In this document: positions 57,456 to 61,188 of the stretch, one piece after another
Numbering within the stretch: the first letter of the stretch is position 1
Layout: every line of letters begins with the position of its first letter
Assembly (NCBI GenBank): GCA_025450635.1
Contig: JANWHA010000034.1
Coordinates: 1-61,188 of the forward strand
Length of the DNA stretch: 61,188 nt
From: Croceibacterium sp.
GTDB lineage: Bacteria > Pseudomonadota > Alphaproteobacteria > Sphingomonadales > Sphingomonadaceae
Direction: 5' to 3'
Made by a program: the position numbers and the translations under genes
Notes under the pieces: model-generated
Databases searched by the model: none
Seen by the model: only the letters and a program-made list of their open reading frames with translations
Told to the model about the DNA's origin: nothing

Positions 57456-57497
57456 CCGATCCCTCCTCACCTTGCCTTTTGCGACACCCTACCGCAG

Positions 57498-57511
57498 TGG
57501 TAGCGCTAACG
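57498..57511. promoter_or_regulatory. LacI/XylR-type operator (site 6)
   Basis: TGGTAGCGCTAACG between divergent uxaC and manD. Confidence 0.87.
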
Positions 57512-57528
57512 GGAGAGGAGTCTCGGGC

Positions 57529-58737
57529 ATGAAGATCGCTTCGGCAAGGGTCATCGTCACCAGCCCGGGCCGCAACTTCGTCACGCTCAAGATCGAAACC
57601 GACGAAGGTGTCACCGGCATCGGCGACGCCACCCTGAACGGCCGAGAACTGGCGGTCGCCTCGTACCTCACCGACCACGTCATCCCCTGCCTGATCGGCC
57701 GCGACCCGGCGCGGATCGAGGACATCTGGCAGTACCTCTACCGTGGCGCCTACTGGCGGCGCGGGCCGGTGGGGATGAGCGCGATTGCGGCGGTCGATAC
57801 CGCGCTGTGGGACATCAAGGGCAAGGTCTGCGGCCAGCCACTCTACCAGTTGCTCGGCGGCAAGAGCCGCGAACGCGTGCTGGTCTATGGCCACGCCAAC
57901 GGCGCCGATCTGAATAGCACCGTGGAAGCGGTCGGGCGCTACATCGAGCAGGGTTACAAGGCGATCCGCGCGCAGAGCGGCATTCCGGGGATCGACAAGG
58001 CCTATGGCGTGGGTCGCGGCGACACCTACTATGAGCCGGCCGATGCACGGCTGCCGACGGAGACGGTGTGGGACACCGCCCGGTACCTCGACTTCGCCCC
58101 GAAGCTGTTCGACAAGCTGCGCGAGACTTACGGCTTCGGCCCGCACCTGCTGCACGACGTCCATCACCGCCTGACGCCCAACGAGGCCGCTCAGCTCGGC
58201 AAGGCGCTCGAGCCGCACCGGCTGTTCTGGATGGAGGATGCGACCCCGGCCGAGAACCAGGAAGCCTTCCGCCACATCCGCCGCCACACGACGACCCCGC
58301 TCGCGGTGGGGGAGGTGTTCAACACCATCTGGGACTGCAAGCAGCTGATCGAGGAGCAGCTTATCGATTACATCCGCGCGACCGTGGTCCATGCCGGCGG
58401 CATCACCCACTTGCGCCGCATCGCCGATTTCGCCGCGTTGTACCAGGTGCGCACCGGCTGCCACGGCGCGACCGACCTTTCGCCGGTGTGCATGGGCGCG
58501 GCGCTACACTTCGATACCTGGGTACCGAACTTCGGCATCCAGGAATACATGCGCCACACCGAGGAGACCGATGCGGTCTTCCCGCACGACTATCGCTTCG
58601 AGGACGGGCACCTGATCTGCGGCGAAAGCCCCGGGCATGGGGTGACGATCGACGAGAAACTCGCCGCCAAATACCCGTACGACCCGAGGTGCCTGCCGGT
58701 CGCGCGCCTTGCCGACGGGACGATGTGGAACTGGTGA
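57529..58737 (+). CDS. manD: Enolase-superfamily D-mannonate dehydratase (ManD/RspA)
   Basis: [63 protein letters not shown]. Confidence 0.92.
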   Translation: MKIASARVIVTSPGRNFVTLKIETDEGVTGIGDATLNGRELAVASYLTDHVIPCLIGRDPARIEDIWQYLYRGAYWRRGPVGMSAIAAVDTALWDIKGKVCGQPLYQLLGGKSRERVLVYGHANGADLNSTVEAVGRYIEQGYKAIRAQSGIPGIDKAYGVGRGDTYYEPADARLPTETVWDTARYLDFAPKLFDKLRETYGFGPHLLHDVHHRLTPNEAAQLGKALEPHRLFWMEDATPAENQEAFRHIRRHTTTPLAVGEVFNTIWDCKQLIEEQLIDYIRATVVHAGGITHLRRIADFAALYQVRTGCHGATDLSPVCMGAALHFDTWVPNFGIQEYMRHTEETDAVFPHDYRFEDGHLICGESPGHGVTIDEKLAAKYPYDPRCLPVARLADGTMWNW

Positions 58738-58738
58738 G

Positions 58739-59665
58739 GTGAGCCGGATTGTCTGCGTCGGCGAGGGCATGCTCGAGCTTCGCCAGGAAGATGGCGAATG
58801 GCGGCTCGGCACGGGCGGTGACGTGCTCAACACCGCCATCCATCTCGCACGCTTCGGGCACGACGTCGCCTTTCTCAGCGCGCTGGGCAGCGATCCGTTC
58901 AGCGACGACTTGCGCCAGCGCTGGCGGGCGGAAGGCCTCGACATCTCCCTTACGCTGACCCACCCGCAGCGGCACTGCGGGCTCTACGCGATCAGCACCG
59001 ACGAGCACGGCGAGCGCAGCTTCACCTACTGGCGCGAGGCCAGCGCTGCGCGCGAGATGTTCGCGCTGCCGCCAAGCGCAGCCGCCACCCGCACGGCCGT
59101 TTCGGCCGACCTGCTCTATTTCTCGCTGATCACGCTGGCGATCCTGCCTCCGGATGGCCGCGCCCGGTTGTTGGAGTTGGCCGCGGTGGTGCGCGCGAAC
59201 GGCGGCGCGGTGGCGTTCGATGGCAACTATCGCGAGCGGCTGTGGGACACGTCTGCCGAAGCGGCGACCGCGCGCGACGCGGCCATCGCCGTCGCCACCA
59301 TCGGCTTGCCCACCTTGTCGGACGAGCGCGAAATTTCCGGGTCGACCGAGCCCGGCGAAATCACGCGCCGGTGGCACGGCTGCGGCTGCGGCGAAGTCGT
59401 GGTGAAGCTGGGCGACCGCGGTTGCCTGCTTCCCTCCGGCGAGATCCAGGCAGCACCGGCGTCCGTGCGGGTCCTCGACTCGAGCGGCGCGGGCGATGCA
59501 TTCAACGCGGGCTACCTCGCGGGCCGCATGGCCGGCTTGTCCGAAACGGAAGCCGCGCTGCGGGGCCAGTGCCTTGCTGCCTGGACGCTGGCCCGCCGAG
59601 GCGCCATTCCCCCGCGCGATGACGCGGCGCCCTACAGGCTGAGCGTCACGGGCGCGCCGGAATAG
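58739..59665 (+). CDS. kdgK: PfkB family sugar kinase, probable 2-keto-3-deoxygluconate kinase
   Basis: GEGMLEL, GGDVLNTAIHLAR, GERSFTYWR, FDGNYR, DSSGAGDAFNAG; GTG 58739. Confidence 0.87.
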   Translation: MSRIVCVGEGMLELRQEDGEWRLGTGGDVLNTAIHLARFGHDVAFLSALGSDPFSDDLRQRWRAEGLDISLTLTHPQRHCGLYAISTDEHGERSFTYWREASAAREMFALPPSAAATRTAVSADLLYFSLITLAILPPDGRARLLELAAVVRANGGAVAFDGNYRERLWDTSAEAATARDAAIAVATIGLPTLSDEREISGSTEPGEITRRWHGCGCGEVVVKLGDRGCLLPSGEIQAAPASVRVLDSSGAGDAFNAGYLAGRMAGLSETEAALRGQCLAAWTLARRGAIPPRDDAAPYRLSVTGAPE

Positions 59666-61188
59666 GTCAGCCACCGCATCGGTTGGCGCTCGAACACCGG
59701 GCCGCCGCCGTCGCCATGGACGACGATGCCGATCTTGCGGGCCGCCGCCATGCCGGGGAAGCTGCCTTCGCGCGCGCCGATCGTCAGCCGCCGCGTCGCG
59801 TCGTCCCAGCGGAACGGGATGCGGGCGAATTGACCGCGGGCGTAGCCCATGTCGGTGCCCTGGTCCTCGTAGAGCGTGAACGCGCCGTTGGCGCCGGGGA
59901 ACACGTGGATCGTCAACGGCCCTTGCGGGTCCTCGCCGGCCCATTCGACTTGGGGCCCCAGCGGGACGATCGAACCCGCCCTGACGAACAGCGGCATCCG
60001 CTCCCTCGGCGCGTCAGCGGTGTAATCCTGACCGCCCGCCAAGCGCCGGCCGCTGGATTCCTCATACCACTCGGCGCCGGAAGGCAGGTAGACTCGCCGC
60101 TCGCGGGCGCGGAATTCGGTGACGGGAGCGACCAGCAAAGCCGGACCGAACAGATATTCGTCGTCGATATTCCACACGCGACGGTCGGCGGCGAAGTCCA
60201 TCACCACCGGGCGCATGATCGTGCCGTCGTCGAAGAAGGTCCCAGCCGCGAGGGTGTAGATGTAGGGCAGCAGCCGATAGCGCAGCCGGTCGTAATGGAT
60301 CAGCGCCTCACGCATCGCCGGATCGCCGGCGGAAACCAGCGGGATTTCGCGGTAGGGAAACTCGCCGTGGCTGCGGAACAGCGGGCTGAACGCGCCGAAC
60401 TGGAACCAGCGCAGGTAAAGCTCGCGCCATTCGGGCAGCGCGGCGGGATCCTGCTTCGAATAGCGATCCTCGACCGAGAAGCCGCCGATGTCGTGGGTCC
60501 AGTTGGGAATGCCCGAGAGCGACAGGTTGGCGCCGGCGCTGATCTGGTCGCGCAGGTTGCTCCAGCGCGCGGCGACGTCGCCCGACCACACCGCCGCCGA
60601 GGCACGCTGCGTGCCGCCGAAACCGCTGCGAGTGAGGATGAACGGCCGCTTGTCGGGCTGCGCGGCGCGCAAGCCTTCGGCGACGCCGAGCGCGTGAACC
60701 AGCGGGTAGCTGTTGAAGATCGCCGCGCCGGGAAGGCCCGCCGCGGGCGAATACATCTGGTACTTGCGTTCCTCGATCGACAGGTTCGAGTGCCAGTCGG
60801 GCTCGGTCGCGTCCATCCACCAGGCGTCGAAGCCTTTGCTCACCAGCCCATCCCTGATCTGGCGGAAGTAGATCGCCCGCGCCTCGGGCGAATAGGGATC
60901 GTAGTAGGTGTTGGCGTAGCCCGGGCCGACCCAATCCCTCTGCGTGGTATCTAGCGGGCGCTGCAGCAGGTAGCCCTTAGCGGCCAACTCCTTGCCGTTC
61001 GCGGTCCCCGGATAGAACTTCGGCCAGACCGAGATCATCACCTGGCCGTGCAGCGCGTGGACCGCATCGACCATGCCTTGCGGGTCGGGAAAGCGCTTGG
61101 GATCGAAGCACTGGCAGCCCCACTGGTCCTCGGGCCAGTAGAACCAGTCCTGCACCACGTTGTCGATCGGGATGTGCTGCTCGCGGTA
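59632..61188 (-). CDS. GH31 alpha-xylosidase/alpha-glucosidase (5' truncated by window)
   Basis: IDNVVQDW, WWMDATEPD nucleophile, ILTRS, WSGD, WTHDIGGF, RWFQFG, FRSHG, LFVRAGSIVP. Confidence 0.92.
   Translation of the reverse strand, partial: YREQHIPIDNVVQDWFYWPEDQWGCQCFDPKRFPDPQGMVDAVHALHGQVMISVWPKFYPGTANGKELAAKGYLLQRPLDTTQRDWVGPGYANTYYDPYSPEARAIYFRQIRDGLVSKGFDAWWMDATEPDWHSNLSIEERKYQMYSPAAGLPGAAIFNSYPLVHALGVAEGLRAAQPDKRPFILTRSGFGGTQRASAAVWSGDVAARWSNLRDQISAGANLSLSGIPNWTHDIGGFSVEDRYSKQDPAALPEWRELYLRWFQFGAFSPLFRSHGEFPYREIPLVSAGDPAMREALIHYDRLRYRLLPYIYTLAAGTFFDDGTIMRPVVMDFAADRRVWNIDDEYLFGPALLVAPVTEFRARERRVYLPSGAEWYEESSGRRLAGGQDYTADAPRERMPLFVRAGSIVPLGPQVEWAGEDPQGPLTIHVFPGANGAFTLYEDQGTDMGYARGQFARIPFRWDDATRRLTIGAREGSFPGMAAARKIGIVVHGDGGGPVFERQPMRWLTYSGAPVTLSL

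Noticed and set aside
59632-59665. 34-nt convergent overlap of kdgK and GH31
   Set aside because: Short tail-to-tail overlaps are common in GC-rich genomes; no extra structure seen.
1-61188. CRISPR arrays, tRNA/rRNA, IS elements, prophage or defence genes
   Set aside because: None recognised; the window is almost fully tiled by identifiable CDSs with short gaps. This was a manual reading only.

Overview
GC-rich alphaproteobacterial chromosomal window; gene content points to Sphingomonadales (inference). 1-13.6 kb: tail of a virB T4SS (virB10/virB11), pobA with the fluoride channel fluC/crcB and a divergent DUF190 gene, an ECF sigma/FecR/TonB-dependent transducer trio, and a putative glycolipid locus (two GT4s, one LptF/G-like permease, DUF2141, flippase-like and DUF2334-like genes). 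13.7-61.2 kb: a hemicellulose-utilisation region with GH10, GH67, GH43, three GH3, two GH5, GH31, two esterases, a stand-alone tandem CBM-like protein, a split Weimberg xylose pathway, a glucuronate pathway and a LacI/XylR regulator. All six divergent promoter regions there carry one copy of a 14-bp palindrome, consensus TG(G/A)TAGCGCTA(A/C/T)CA. The best candidate for an undescribed system is a module of three intact flavin-dependent halogenase homologues, one degenerate halogenase-like protein and a JmjC/cupin oxygenase. It lies between a sugar porter and a large TonB-dependent receptor, and both of its operons start at operator-bearing promoters. All calls rest on motif recognition by eye; no searches were run.
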